From a virus: DNA of 64,000 nucleotides. Of the stretch, positions 19,098 to 27,974 are shown one piece after another. Location: the IMG/VR virus record IMGVR_UViG_3300050343_000261. The stretch is one strand, 5' to 3'. The notes beneath the pieces are model-generated. The model was not told where the DNA came from. It was given only the letters and a program-made list of their open reading frames with translations, and searched no databases. Positions within the stretch are counted from its first letter, which is position 1. Each line of letters begins with the position of its first letter. The position numbers and the translations under genes were made by a program.

Positions 19098-20054
19098 ATG
19101 AAAAAAGTACGTTGGGTACATGAACCTATTGAGCTTTTTCGTCGTACTGCTGAGAAGTTTGCTACTGAAATTGAGCGACTTGCCCCTGGGGAGTTTGAAG
19201 TTGAAATTCTGACCCTATCCGAGTTTGCTACACAGTACAACGAAGGCGTAGCAGTTAGCAGGAATGATTTTATTACTCTCATCCGAGAGGGTAAGTTGGA
19301 GATGTGTCAGGTATATACGTCCAAGTTGGCTGAACTCAATTCAGATTTGAGAGTTCTTGATATGCCTTATTTGTTTAGTAGTTATGTTGAGGCAGGTAAC
19401 GCCTTAGCGGGTCAAGTTGGAATTGATCTTTTGAAAGGACTATTCGACGGTGAAGATGCTGTAGTTAGGGGTCTGGGATATACTTTTGCTGGTGGATACA
19501 ATATGATTCCTGCTACTAAAGAAATCGATACAACCGATGATCTGTTAGGGGTTTCCATTCGATGCGACGACAACGAAATTGCTAAAAAAACTTTTGAAGC
19601 AATTGGTGCTACTCCTGTTGCTCTTGAAGTAGAGCAGATCAAACAAGCCGTCACAGATGGCACCGTCGCTGCTGCAGATGCTAACTACACTCAGTTCTTC
19701 GCCAATGAAGGCGATGATGTCATGAAGACTCTCAATGATACACGACATTCTATGAATGTTGCAGCTATTGTTTGTGGCAAAGCGTTTTGGAAGTCTTTGG
19801 ATAAAAGTTCTGGACTTCGTGGCAAAATTGCAGACGCAGCAATTCTTACCGCAGAGGCGGAACAAGAATGGTCTGTTGATGAAATGTTTGACCTTGAGAT
19901 CAAGTGCACGAATGAAGGAATTACCGTCAACAGAATGACTACTGATGAGCGTACTGCATTCATGCAAGCTACTGCTGGATTGTATGATACGATTTCTCTT
20001 CCTGCGGGAGTGGCTGATCGTATTCGCGCCTATGGTACCGATGCAGAAGAGTAA
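19098..20054 (+). CDS. dctP: TRAP transporter substrate-binding protein (DctP family), no signal peptide
   Basis: LIREGKLEMC, RVLDMPYLF, GLGYTFAGGY, DLLGVSIR, GATPVAL, VKYLNDT-like MKTLNDTRHS; starts MKKVRWVHEP with no hydrophobic leader. Confidence 0.8.
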   Translation: MKKVRWVHEPIELFRRTAEKFATEIERLAPGEFEVEILTLSEFATQYNEGVAVSRNDFITLIREGKLEMCQVYTSKLAELNSDLRVLDMPYLFSSYVEAGNALAGQVGIDLLKGLFDGEDAVVRGLGYTFAGGYNMIPATKEIDTTDDLLGVSIRCDDNEIAKKTFEAIGATPVALEVEQIKQAVTDGTVAAADANYTQFFANEGDDVMKTLNDTRHSMNVAAIVCGKAFWKSLDKSSGLRGKIADAAILTAEAEQEWSVDEMFDLEIKCTNEGITVNRMTTDERTAFMQATAGLYDTISLPAGVADRIRAYGTDAEE

Positions 20055-20079
20055 ACTTCTACATAAATTTTGATTTTAT

Positions 20080-20105
20080 AGGCAGGCATAACGCCTGCCT
20101 TTTTT
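20080..20105 (+). terminator. Rho-independent terminator after the DctP-like gene
   Basis: AGGCAGGC-ataac-GCCTGCCT followed by a T-run. Confidence 0.85.
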
Positions 20106-20109
20106 ATGT

Positions 20110-21129
20110 CTAATTTGAGACTCTATCCCAAAAGTAAGTATCAATATATTCAGTGCTGTATAATCCTATGTGATTAGTAAAGTCCACATATAATTTATCA
20201 TCAACTTTACGGTAAGTTCCTTTTTTGATATTTTCCTCACGTATCCCCGTTATGGGCAGTGAGCAATTCCGTTTATAATTTACTGGCACTCCCCATCCTT
20301 CAATATTCCAACCTTCGTAGTGGTGACTCATAATATTTTTATACTCATAATATTGTTCGTCAGTCATATTGAACTGATCTGATGACCATTGATCTTTTTG
20401 ATATTGATATCGGACTGCTTTGTTTCCTCTATCAGGATAATATAAGTTTGGAGCAAACTCAGTCTGTCCAAATAGATCATTCAGCAGTTGTGTTTTTCCT
20501 GCCCATACCTCCTCCATGATTAGAACATGTACAGGACATACGTTTTTTGCATTTTCAATAACTTTATGGTATGGTTGTAAGTCTGCAAATTTTATTTTTG
20601 CTGCAGAATGAATATCACTGTACTCGTTTTTTATATTACCAAGTATCTTCGAGTAATCATTCCATCCATAGTTCAACCAAGACCATGCTCTCCTTACAGG
20701 ATCTCTACATACCATAAGAGCACTGACATCAAATTCTTGACTGAGTGCTTTGAGTAAGCGTTGTGTAAAATCAGCGTCTAGTTGATAGTTACTATTAGAC
20801 CAATCAACTAATACATCTCTACCATACCCTCTATAGTCCCACAGATTTTTGTAATAATCAACATATTTCTGTATAGACCAGTTACTAAAGTCTGGAAAGG
20901 ATGTTACAATTTCCCCAGAGTCTGAACCAAGTCTATGGTACCAGTAGATTTTTTTCTTACACCTAGATAATTTTTCTTCATACTCTGCTGTTTCTATCCG
21001 TTGCGTCATATCTGCTAAGTGATGTTCTTTAGCAACTCCACTCGTGATATGATTACGAACCATCTTGTACAATGGACTAGATGCAGAAAATGCTGTCCCT
21101 AAAAAAAATATAAACTTCGGTTTATTCAT
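20110..21129 (-). CDS. Sulfotransferase-like protein (copy 3)
   Basis: LGTAFSASSPL, AKEHH, CRDPVRRAWS, NLYYPDRG...DQW; start MNKPKF chosen by paralogue alignment. Confidence 0.72.
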   Translation of the reverse strand: MNKPKFIFFLGTAFSASSPLYKMVRNHITSGVAKEHHLADMTQRIETAEYEEKLSRCKKKIYWYHRLGSDSGEIVTSFPDFSNWSIQKYVDYYKNLWDYRGYGRDVLVDWSNSNYQLDADFTQRLLKALSQEFDVSALMVCRDPVRRAWSWLNYGWNDYSKILGNIKNEYSDIHSAAKIKFADLQPYHKVIENAKNVCPVHVLIMEEVWAGKTQLLNDLFGQTEFAPNLYYPDRGNKAVRYQYQKDQWSSDQFNMTDEQYYEYKNIMSHHYEGWNIEGWGVPVNYKRNCSLPITGIREENIKKGTYRKVDDKLYVDFTNHIGLYSTEYIDTYFWDRVSN

Positions 21130-21763
21130 GAAAAGACTTCTTATCACAACTGGACCACAAGGATCAGGCAATCACCTTTTTGCAAGGATATTTAGTTTAC
21201 ACCCAGAAGTTGTAGGGTGGGATTCTCTCAAAGATAATTACTGGGTTCCTAGTGATGAAGAACCTTTTGCAAAATATTGGGTAGACCCGGACCTGCTAGA
21301 ATTTCCTGAAGGAGATTTTTTTCTAGCAAATGTAAGTGTTCCTTTCTTCTATGATGGTGTTAGACAGGTGCCTAAAATTTCGGCAGTTTGTCACCAAGCA
21401 ATGCATCTTGGTTACACACCTGTAGTTGCTATTATTACAAGAGATCAAAATATAAATGCACTTCAACAAGAAAGAGTTGGTGGAGAAGTAACCCTACCGA
21501 TTGCCAAAGGTTACTATAAATCCCTCTTAGAGGATCCATATATTGAAACACATTTCCTATCTCACGAATCTTTTTTCTTGTGGAAGGAAGACTATATCAA
21601 ATACTGTGGGGAGATTCTAAAGTTCCCTGTAACGACCAATGGCATCGACCAGTTTATAACCGGCGATGCCAACGGAAAATATGTAAGTCCCGTCAAAGAC
21701 CATTGGTTAGACGAGACTATTAGAGAAGGTCGTCAGACCTTCAAACAACGGCAAGAGGTGTAG
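21128..21763 (+). CDS. P-loop/sulfotransferase-fold hypothetical protein (GPQGSGNH family, copy 2)
   Basis: LLITTGPQGSGNHLFARIFSLHPEV, IITRDQN; start chosen by alignment with 16142. Confidence 0.75.
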   Translation: MKRLLITTGPQGSGNHLFARIFSLHPEVVGWDSLKDNYWVPSDEEPFAKYWVDPDLLEFPEGDFFLANVSVPFFYDGVRQVPKISAVCHQAMHLGYTPVVAIITRDQNINALQQERVGGEVTLPIAKGYYKSLLEDPYIETHFLSHESFFLWKEDYIKYCGEILKFPVTTNGIDQFITGDANGKYVSPVKDHWLDETIREGRQTFKQRQEV

Positions 21764-22415
21764 CCGTGTTCTGGCGGGAGATCTCCAGAAGATCGGAACG
21801 CATACGCTCAACAAGAGCAAGAACGCGATCCTGAAGTTCCACACTACCTTCAACCAGACGGCTCAGTGAGCGTCCGCCGAGGTTGCTGTGGAAACCTTCA
21901 TCCTTAGCGATGGAGGCGTAACGGGTGGAGATGAACGAATCTTCGACACACTCAGCCATTTCAGACCAGACTGCTTCTGCACGACCTTCAGCAACGAGCT
22001 GATAGGCAGCGAGGGCAGCAGGATCTTGAGCAGCTTCGTACTTCTCAAGCAGGGAAGCACCCTTTGCTTGAGGCTTACCTGCTTCAGCAGCGAAAGCAGC
22101 AGCTACGTCCAGTTCTTCGCCAGTGATATGCTCGATGACTTCCTTGACCATGCGGAAGTGCTTTGCTTCGTCCAATGCCTGCTTGCTAAGAAGCTCCAGG
22201 TCGCGAACGTCGGTGCTAGGGTCGGCAGATGCTACCTGACCAGCAATCGCATACATGTTTTGTGCTTCGTTGACCATGCGGCCACGGAAGTGCTCGACGA
22301 GGTACTCCTCGCTAGGGGCAGAAGCGAAGAAACGACGGACGTTACTACGGGAAGCCTCAAACAGCTCCCTATTACCTTCCTTGATTTTCTTTACGAAATC
22401 GGTTCCAGAAAGCAT
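21741..22415 (-). CDS. Ferritin-like di-iron carboxylate protein
   Basis: Two ExxH motifs (DEAKHF, DEGFHS) plus upstream Glu in MVNEA and VAEG; ATG at 22415 has an AAGGA RBS. Confidence 0.85.
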   Translation of the reverse strand: MLSGTDFVKKIKEGNRELFEASRSNVRRFFASAPSEEYLVEHFRGRMVNEAQNMYAIAGQVASADPSTDVRDLELLSKQALDEAKHFRMVKEVIEHITGEELDVAAAFAAEAGKPQAKGASLLEKYEAAQDPAALAAYQLVAEGRAEAVWSEMAECVEDSFISTRYASIAKDEGFHSNLGGRSLSRLVEGSVELQDRVLALVERMRSDLLEISRQNTATPLAVV

Positions 22416-22434
22416 TGTGGATTTCCTTTCAACG

Positions 22435-22962
22435 TTAGTATTTAGCATAATGAAAAAAATACCTTAGATGTCCTTGAGAAGTAGTTTCTTCTTTTAGTGA
22501 TATCAAATTGTATTGGTATTCTTCAGTAATTTTATTTATCTTTTCAATGTTCCAATCATACCATTGTATCTGATCAATATTAGTATTTGCCCAATCATGA
22601 GCAATACCTGGATTGACCCTAAAAATAATATCTTTTAGAAACAATTTATCTAACATACTAATCTGTTTATCAATATCTTCTTCAGTTCCGAAGTTGATTG
22701 ATCCTAGACAGAGAACAACATCAGCAGGTGGAAATTCATACTCATAGTATTCCTCCAGAGACATATGTAAGTGTGCCTCTTTGTTATATGGATCAATACC
22801 AACTAACCCCGGTATACGGTCCTTGAGGCGGTTGTAACCACATCCTACATCTAATACACTAGATGGGGATAACTTATTGATATAATCGACTACAGAGTCT
22901 CCTGAGTGCTTCAGTTGACCAACATAGTCATCCTTCCAAATGCCGCCAAAATATGACTCCAT
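22435..22962 (-). CDS. Class I SAM-dependent methyltransferase
   Basis: Motif I VLDVGCG, GIDP, ADVVLCLGSINF. Confidence 0.85.
   Translation of the reverse strand: MESYFGGIWKDDYVGQLKHSGDSVVDYINKLSPSSVLDVGCGYNRLKDRIPGLVGIDPYNKEAHLHMSLEEYYEYEFPPADVVLCLGSINFGTEEDIDKQISMLDKLFLKDIIFRVNPGIAHDWANTNIDQIQWYDWNIEKINKITEEYQYNLISLKEETTSQGHLRYFFHYAKY
22439..22445 (-). promoter_or_regulatory. Late promoter CTAAATA for the ferritin-like gene
   Basis: Motif about 24 nt upstream of the ATG at 22415, inside the methyltransferase 3' end. Confidence 0.65.
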
Positions 22963-23183
22963 TATTTTTTAGTTGTTTTACCAACCCCAGTTTTAGGTTC
23001 AGGGAACTGTCCTGCATCTCCAGGCGTTGGAGGACGAAGTTTATGAATTTCCTCTGCCATCAATTGCATCTGCTGACCCATCAGAGAAATACGTGCTTCA
23101 TATGCAACTGATCTAGCAGTTTCATCCGACAGTCTTTTCACATAAATTTGCAAAAGATTTTGCAGTTCTTGTTCTTTTTCCAT
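22962..23183 (-). CDS. Small hypothetical coiled-coil protein
   Basis: MEKEQELQNLL...; TAATG coupling to the methyltransferase. Confidence 0.65.
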   Translation of the reverse strand: MEKEQELQNLLQIYVKRLSDETARSVAYEARISLMGQQMQLMAEEIHKLRPPTPGDAGQFPEPKTGVGKTTKK

Positions 23184-23209
23184 AAAAAAAGGGGGAGTCA
23201 ACTCCCCCT
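23184..23209 (-). terminator. Rho-independent terminator after the long fibre
   Basis: AGGGGGAG-ttga-CTCCCCCT followed by a T-run on the minus strand. Confidence 0.85.
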
Positions 23210-23232
23210 ATATATCAGGTTTTTATTTGACC

Positions 23233-26200
23233 TTAGAACGTACCACCGTCGATGGTGATGTTCTCAAGAGAGCGAGTCGTGCCGGAGCAGGAGATCACTT
23301 GAGACTGACCAGCACAGTCATTCACGTAGAGTGAACCAACTTCCAGACCAGCGTAGGTGATGCTACCCAAGACGCCTGAACTCTCACTTGCGTCGCTCGC
23401 GAGGGCGAAACGTCCGGCAGAATCATCCCAGAAGACTGCTGCCTTCTTAGCGGATCCGCTGTAGTAGTTCATCACGATACCAACGTCTTTGTTGGTATCA
23501 GCACTCAGGTTACCACCGTCTACTTTCTGCAGTTCAAGCAGAACGTCTTCGATTGTGGTGTTGGTTGTGTTGATCTGGGTAGTAGAACCTTCAACAACCA
23601 GATCACCGGTAACGGTCATGTTGGTGCTTACGGTTACTGCACCAGTGACTGCGAGGGTAGAACCGTCGTAGGTCAGACCACCGTTGTCTTGGAGAGCACC
23701 AGATCCACCCGCGAGCACGACACGACCAGAGGTCAAGTCAGAGACTGTAGCGGAGGACATGACGGTTTCGCCGCCAGTTATGGATGCACCACCGGAACCG
23801 CTGATAGCACCACCGACTCCCAGGGTTGATCCGTCCCAGGTGAAGTTGCTGTCATCTCCCAGAGAACCATTTGAACCCGCGATCACGACACGACCGTTGG
23901 TCAGATCGGAGACTGTTGCGGAAGAAAGGACGGTCTCACCACCAGAGATGTCTGCACCGCCGTTTCCGTCGATTGCACCGCCGACTGTCAATCCAGCACC
24001 CACTTTTGCGGTTGTGGAGTCCAGGTAGGTGTTGGTGGCAATGCCCGTGACGTTGATCGCGGCAAATGTTGCACCAGATCCACCGCCGAGCACGTAGGAC
24101 TTGACGCGAGACATTGCTGTCTTTTTGTTAGTGCCGCCAGCACCGTCGTCAACAATCAGCAGGTCAGCGTCAACCAGGTCAGCACCGATATCCGAACCGC
24201 CATCAATGTCCAGAGAAGTTAGAGGAACAGTGCCTGCACCCAAACCACTACCACTGCTAACCGTACCGGTGACATCACCAGTAAGATCACCAACGAAACC
24301 GCCAGTAGCAGTTGCAACACCAGATACCGTTAGGTTACCGGCAGTCTTGAGTGATGCAATGTTTACAATGTCACCCAGTGACTTCCAGGCAACAAACTCA
24401 AGTTCGTCACCAACGGTAGCACCAGAAGCGATAGTGACGGTCTGACCATCAACGCCTTGGGTGTAGTCAGTTCCGGTGATCAGGCGAACACCGTTGTGAT
24501 AGACATCAACGAATCCTTCTTGGAAACCAGAGGCAACGGTGAAAGAAGTTTGACCTTGAGTAGCAACAATAGTGTTGCTTGAAGTGAAGGTAGTAGCAGC
24601 AACACCCGACAGGGTGACAGTTGCAGTGCCATCTTCAACCTTGTATGCTTCAACGCCAGTACCGTTGAACTTGAATCCGGTAACGATGCCGGTGTGACCA
24701 GAAGCACTGGATACACCAACCAGAGGAAGCAGACCAGCAGCAGCGTTGCGAAGGTTGGTTGCTGTAATTACACCACTGGAAACTACGTTACGTAGTGAAG
24801 CGTCGCGAGCACTCAGTTCTTGAGTAACCGTTAGGTTAGTGCTGACAGTTGCAGCACCCGTGACAGCAAAGGTTGATCCGTTGAAGGTAAGTGCACTGTT
24901 GTCTTCCAGTTCGCCATCAGTGCCAGCAAGGACAATGCGACCAGAGGTCAGGTCAGAGACCTTAGCAGAGTTGGCGACAAAATCACCAGCGACATCCATG
25001 CCGCCGTTTGCATCAACAGCACCAGAGACGGTGATGCCGCCAGTGACGCCGACAGTAGAACCATCAAAGGTCAGGTTGCCGCTGTCTTCGATCTCACCGT
25101 CAGTACCAGCAAGAACGACGCGACCAGAAGTTAGGTCAGAAACTTTAGCGGAGTTTGCAACCAAACCACTAGCGATGTTAGCACCGCCGTCTACGTCAAG
25201 AGCACCCGTGACAGTCGCACCAGCACCAACCTTCAGGGTTGTAGCATCAGCGAACGTAACGGTAGAAATACCGGAGACGTTGATTGCAGCGAAGTTTGCA
25301 CCGGCACCACCGCCGAGCATGTAATCCTTGATCTCAGTAGCAGTGATTTTGCGGTTCGTTCCGCCTGCACCGTCGTCAACCAGGAAGAGATCAGCGTCAA
25401 CCAGGTCAGCACCGATTGCAGTTGCACCATCCAAGTTGATGGAAGCAACGTCAACGCTAACGCTAGAAGCAAGTGCAGCAGCACTCAGAATCTCAGTGTT
25501 GGCGACCTTGAGGACTTTGCCAGAAGCGAGGTTCAGGTTTTCAGAAGAACCGAAGTTGTCACCCAGTGCTTCAAAGTGGAAGGTCTTGTCACCATCACCT
25601 GAATCAACCGTGAAACCACCACCGTTGGCAGCAGCATCGTTGGCAGCACCCTTAGCAACTTCGATTGCCAAGTCGGCAACAGAAACCGTGGTAGAGTCAA
25701 CTTGAGTCGTGGTGCCCTTGACTTGCAGGTCACCTAGAATGAACACCGTACCGCTGTTGTCGTTGAGAGCAGCAGGGTCAAGGGTGATCGAAGAAGGACC
25801 AGTAATCGTGTCACTGGTAACAATGATTGCAGAACCTTCAGCACCCGTTGCAAACGAGGTAGCAGAAGCAATACCAGTAGCGTTGATGCCACCAGTAACA
25901 CGGAGATCGTTGTCACCGTAGGTAAGACCAGAGTCATCACCCAGTTCACCACCAGCACCTGCCAGAACCACCCGACCATCAGTCAGGTCTTGGACAGCAG
26001 CAGAAGCAAGAGTTGCTGCGGTAGTAGCAGTGACGTTTGCAGCTTGGACAGTGCCTGAAGCGGTGACATCACCGGTCACTCCCAGATCAGAACCGTCGAA
26101 GGTCAGGTTGCCGCTGTCTTCAACTGCACCAGCAGTGCCAGCAATCAGAACCCGGTTATCGGTCAGGTCACTAATGGTGGCAGAAGCAAGAGTTGCCTCT

Positions 26201-27525
26201 CCAGAAACTCCTAGATTTGTGGATACAGTTGCAGCACCCGTTACAGCAAGAGTTGAACCGTTGAAGGTCAGGTTGCCACTGTCTTCCAGTTCTCCAGAAG
26301 TACCAGCAAGAACGACACGACCGTCAGTCAGGTCAGAAACAATTGCGGAGTTTGCAGTCAGTCCACCAGTTACGGTCAGACCAGAAGCAATGTTTGCACC
26401 ACCATCAACATCAAGAGCACCGGTAACAGTTGCACCAGCAGACACATTGATGTCAACTGTTTGTAACTGGACGGTGGTCGTAATGCCAGTTGCCTGGAGG
26501 TTTACGAAGTTAGCACCAGCACCACCACCAAGGACATAATCCTTGACGCGGGACATTGCCGTCTTACGGTTGGTGCCACCAGCACCGTCATCTACAACCA
26601 GAAGATCAGCATCAACCAGGTCAGCACCGATGTCTGTAGCACCATCAATGTCGATAGCAGAAACATCAACCTTATTGGCAGATGTGATCTGATTTAGTTT
26701 GCTATCAGCAATCGAACCTGCTAACTGAGTATTGGTGATCGTTCCAACCAAGTTGGAAGTCAGATAACCAGTTGCATCTTGTAGGTTGAAAGCAGGAGTA
26801 GCATCAGCGGCACCCAGTGCCAATGAAATGCCACCAAAAGAGATTGTGCTATTAGTGAGTTGACTGTTGTCAACCGTACCAGTCAGGTTGCTAGTAGCAA
26901 GGTCGCCGTCGAAGGAAGCAGCAGTAACGACACCAGTAAAGGTACCAGTGCTGCTCTTGACAAAGGCAATAGAACCAATGCCAGAAACATTGATGGCAGC
27001 AAACGTAGCGCCAGCACCGCCACCCAGGACGTATGACTTGACGCGAGACATTGCTGTCTTACGGTTCGTTCCCCCACCACCATCATCAACGATGAGGAGG
27101 TCGCCGTCTGCTAAGTCAGCACCAATATCGGTACCACCGTCGATGTCCAACACCGAGAGAGGGGTATCAATATCAATTTCTGTAGACCAGGACATATTGC
27201 CTGATCCGTCTACCTTCATGTAACCGCCTGCTACAGCAGCGGCAGGGAGGATATACTCTTCACTTGAAGTTAGTGCGGCAGGAGCACCTAAAGAGACGTA
27301 GTGTTGTCCGTTGTTCGTACCCTCAACCATCCGGACAGCACTACCAGATGTAGTGCCCTCACGGGTCCAGTAACGAGCAGATCCAACAACTTTATTGTTA
27401 CTTGTATTGGAGTCAATACCCACAAAAAGGTCATAACTGTCCGTCACCCAACCGGGTTCGCCAGCCTGCAGACCGGGGAGAGCGGCGAGACTACCGCGCT
27501 TGAACTGTAAAACAGGTGCAGCCAT
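23233..27525 (-). CDS. Long repeat-built tail fibre
   Basis: N-terminal LQFKRG...GEPGWVTD attachment domain; Gly/Thr/Asp-rich repeats; C-terminal IDGGTF. Confidence 0.88.
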   Translation of the reverse strand: MAAPVLQFKRGSLAALPGLQAGEPGWVTDSYDLFVGIDSNTSNNKVVGSARYWTREGTTSGSAVRMVEGTNNGQHYVSLGAPAALTSSEEYILPAAAVAGGYMKVDGSGNMSWSTEIDIDTPLSVLDIDGGTDIGADLADGDLLIVDDGGGGTNRKTAMSRVKSYVLGGGAGATFAAINVSGIGSIAFVKSSTGTFTGVVTAASFDGDLATSNLTGTVDNSQLTNSTISFGGISLALGAADATPAFNLQDATGYLTSNLVGTITNTQLAGSIADSKLNQITSANKVDVSAIDIDGATDIGADLVDADLLVVDDGAGGTNRKTAMSRVKDYVLGGGAGANFVNLQATGITTTVQLQTVDINVSAGATVTGALDVDGGANIASGLTVTGGLTANSAIVSDLTDGRVVLAGTSGELEDSGNLTFNGSTLAVTGAATVSTNLGVSGEATLASATISDLTDNRVLIAGTAGAVEDSGNLTFDGSDLGVTGDVTASGTVQAANVTATTAATLASAAVQDLTDGRVVLAGAGGELGDDSGLTYGDNDLRVTGGINATGIASATSFATGAEGSAIIVTSDTITGPSSITLDPAALNDNSGTVFILGDLQVKGTTTQVDSTTVSVADLAIEVAKGAANDAAANGGGFTVDSGDGDKTFHFEALGDNFGSSENLNLASGKVLKVANTEILSAAALASSVSVDVASINLDGATAIGADLVDADLFLVDDGAGGTNRKITATEIKDYMLGGGAGANFAAINVSGISTVTFADATTLKVGAGATVTGALDVDGGANIASGLVANSAKVSDLTSGRVVLAGTDGEIEDSGNLTFDGSTVGVTGGITVSGAVDANGGMDVAGDFVANSAKVSDLTSGRIVLAGTDGELEDNSALTFNGSTFAVTGAATVSTNLTVTQELSARDASLRNVVSSGVITATNLRNAAAGLLPLVGVSSASGHTGIVTGFKFNGTGVEAYKVEDGTATVTLSGVAATTFTSSNTIVATQGQTSFTVASGFQEGFVDVYHNGVRLITGTDYTQGVDGQTVTIASGATVGDELEFVAWKSLGDIVNIASLKTAGNLTVSGVATATGGFVGDLTGDVTGTVSSGSGLGAGTVPLTSLDIDGGSDIGADLVDADLLIVDDGAGGTNKKTAMSRVKSYVLGGGSGATFAAINVTGIATNTYLDSTTAKVGAGLTVGGAIDGNGGADISGGETVLSSATVSDLTNGRVVIAGSNGSLGDDSNFTWDGSTLGVGGAISGSGGASITGGETVMSSATVSDLTSGRVVLAGGSGALQDNGGLTYDGSTLAVTGAVTVSTNMTVTGDLVVEGSTTQINTTNTTIEDVLLELQKVDGGNLSADTNKDVGIVMNYYSGSAKKAAVFWDDSAGRFALASDASESSGVLGSITYAGLEVGSLYVNDCAGQSQVISCSGTTRSLENITIDGGTF
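23620..27150 (-). repeat. Intragenic protein repeats of the long fibre
   Basis: 4 copies of DIDGxxDIGADLxDxDLLxVDDGxGGTNRKT..SRVKxYVLGGG.GA.F and 7 copies of SDLTxGRVVLAG..G.LED.G.LTF.GS.L.VTG; synonymous sites diverged. Confidence 0.9.
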
Positions 27526-27584
27526 TTACTTTATTTGTGATTTTGAATATTCAATGGGGGCATAGCGAATGCATTCATCTTCTA

Positions 27585-27591
27585 TATTTAG
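27585..27591 (-). promoter_or_regulatory. Late promoter CTAAATA for the long fibre
   Basis: Motif in the 27526-27593 gap. Confidence 0.7.
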
Positions 27592-27593
27592 AA

Positions 27594-27974
27594 TCAGAAC
27601 GTTCCACCATCTAGATCGATCTTGTCATCAAGTGCGGTATCGAGATAATCAATCGCAGTATCGGTGAGACCTGCGGGACCAGGAGAGTCAGCAATTGCAG
27701 TGTCAATAACCTCATCTGGGTTTACAAACTTGAAAGAGTTTGATGGAGCATCATAAGTGAGAACAAACTTGTCAGTCGCTCCAGTCAAATTAGTCGTGTT
27801 GACATCACTAAGGTTGAATAACCTACTCACACTTCCTCCTCCGCTGGATGAATCTCCCAAAGACTGCAAAGCAACTGAAAAAGATCCAGCTTCTAATGCA
27901 GCAAGACCCTCGTCAGATAACGAAACGGCAAAACCACCATCGTCAGATAGTGATACGAAATACTGGTTTTCCAT
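27594..27974 (-). CDS. Small putative virion protein ending DLDGGTF
   Basis: 126 aa; RLFNLSDVN, FVLTYDAPSNSFKFVNPDEV; coupled to the upstream gene. Confidence 0.75.
   Translation of the reverse strand: MENQYFVSLSDDGGFAVSLSDEGLAALEAGSFSVALQSLGDSSSGGGSVSRLFNLSDVNTTNLTGATDKFVLTYDAPSNSFKFVNPDEVIDTAIADSPGPAGLTDTAIDYLDTALDDKIDLDGGTF

Noticed and set aside
21065-21171. Longer track starts giving a 107-nt overlap of two divergent genes
   Set aside because: Paralogues begin at MKxL and MxKPKF, so the extensions are probably not translated
22416-22448. Longer track start for the ferritin-like gene (MLNTNVERKST)
   Set aside because: The extension contains the late-promoter motif and the RBS of the ATG at 22415
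23620-27150. Fibre repeats as CRISPR or DGR template/variable repeats
   Set aside because: In-frame, diverged at synonymous sites, no spacers, no adenine-specific pattern and no reverse transcriptase in the window
23489-27223. Repetitive plus-strand ORFs (e.g. 24839-25324, 26030-26539) opposite the long fibre
   Set aside because: They mirror the fibre's repeats in the antisense frame
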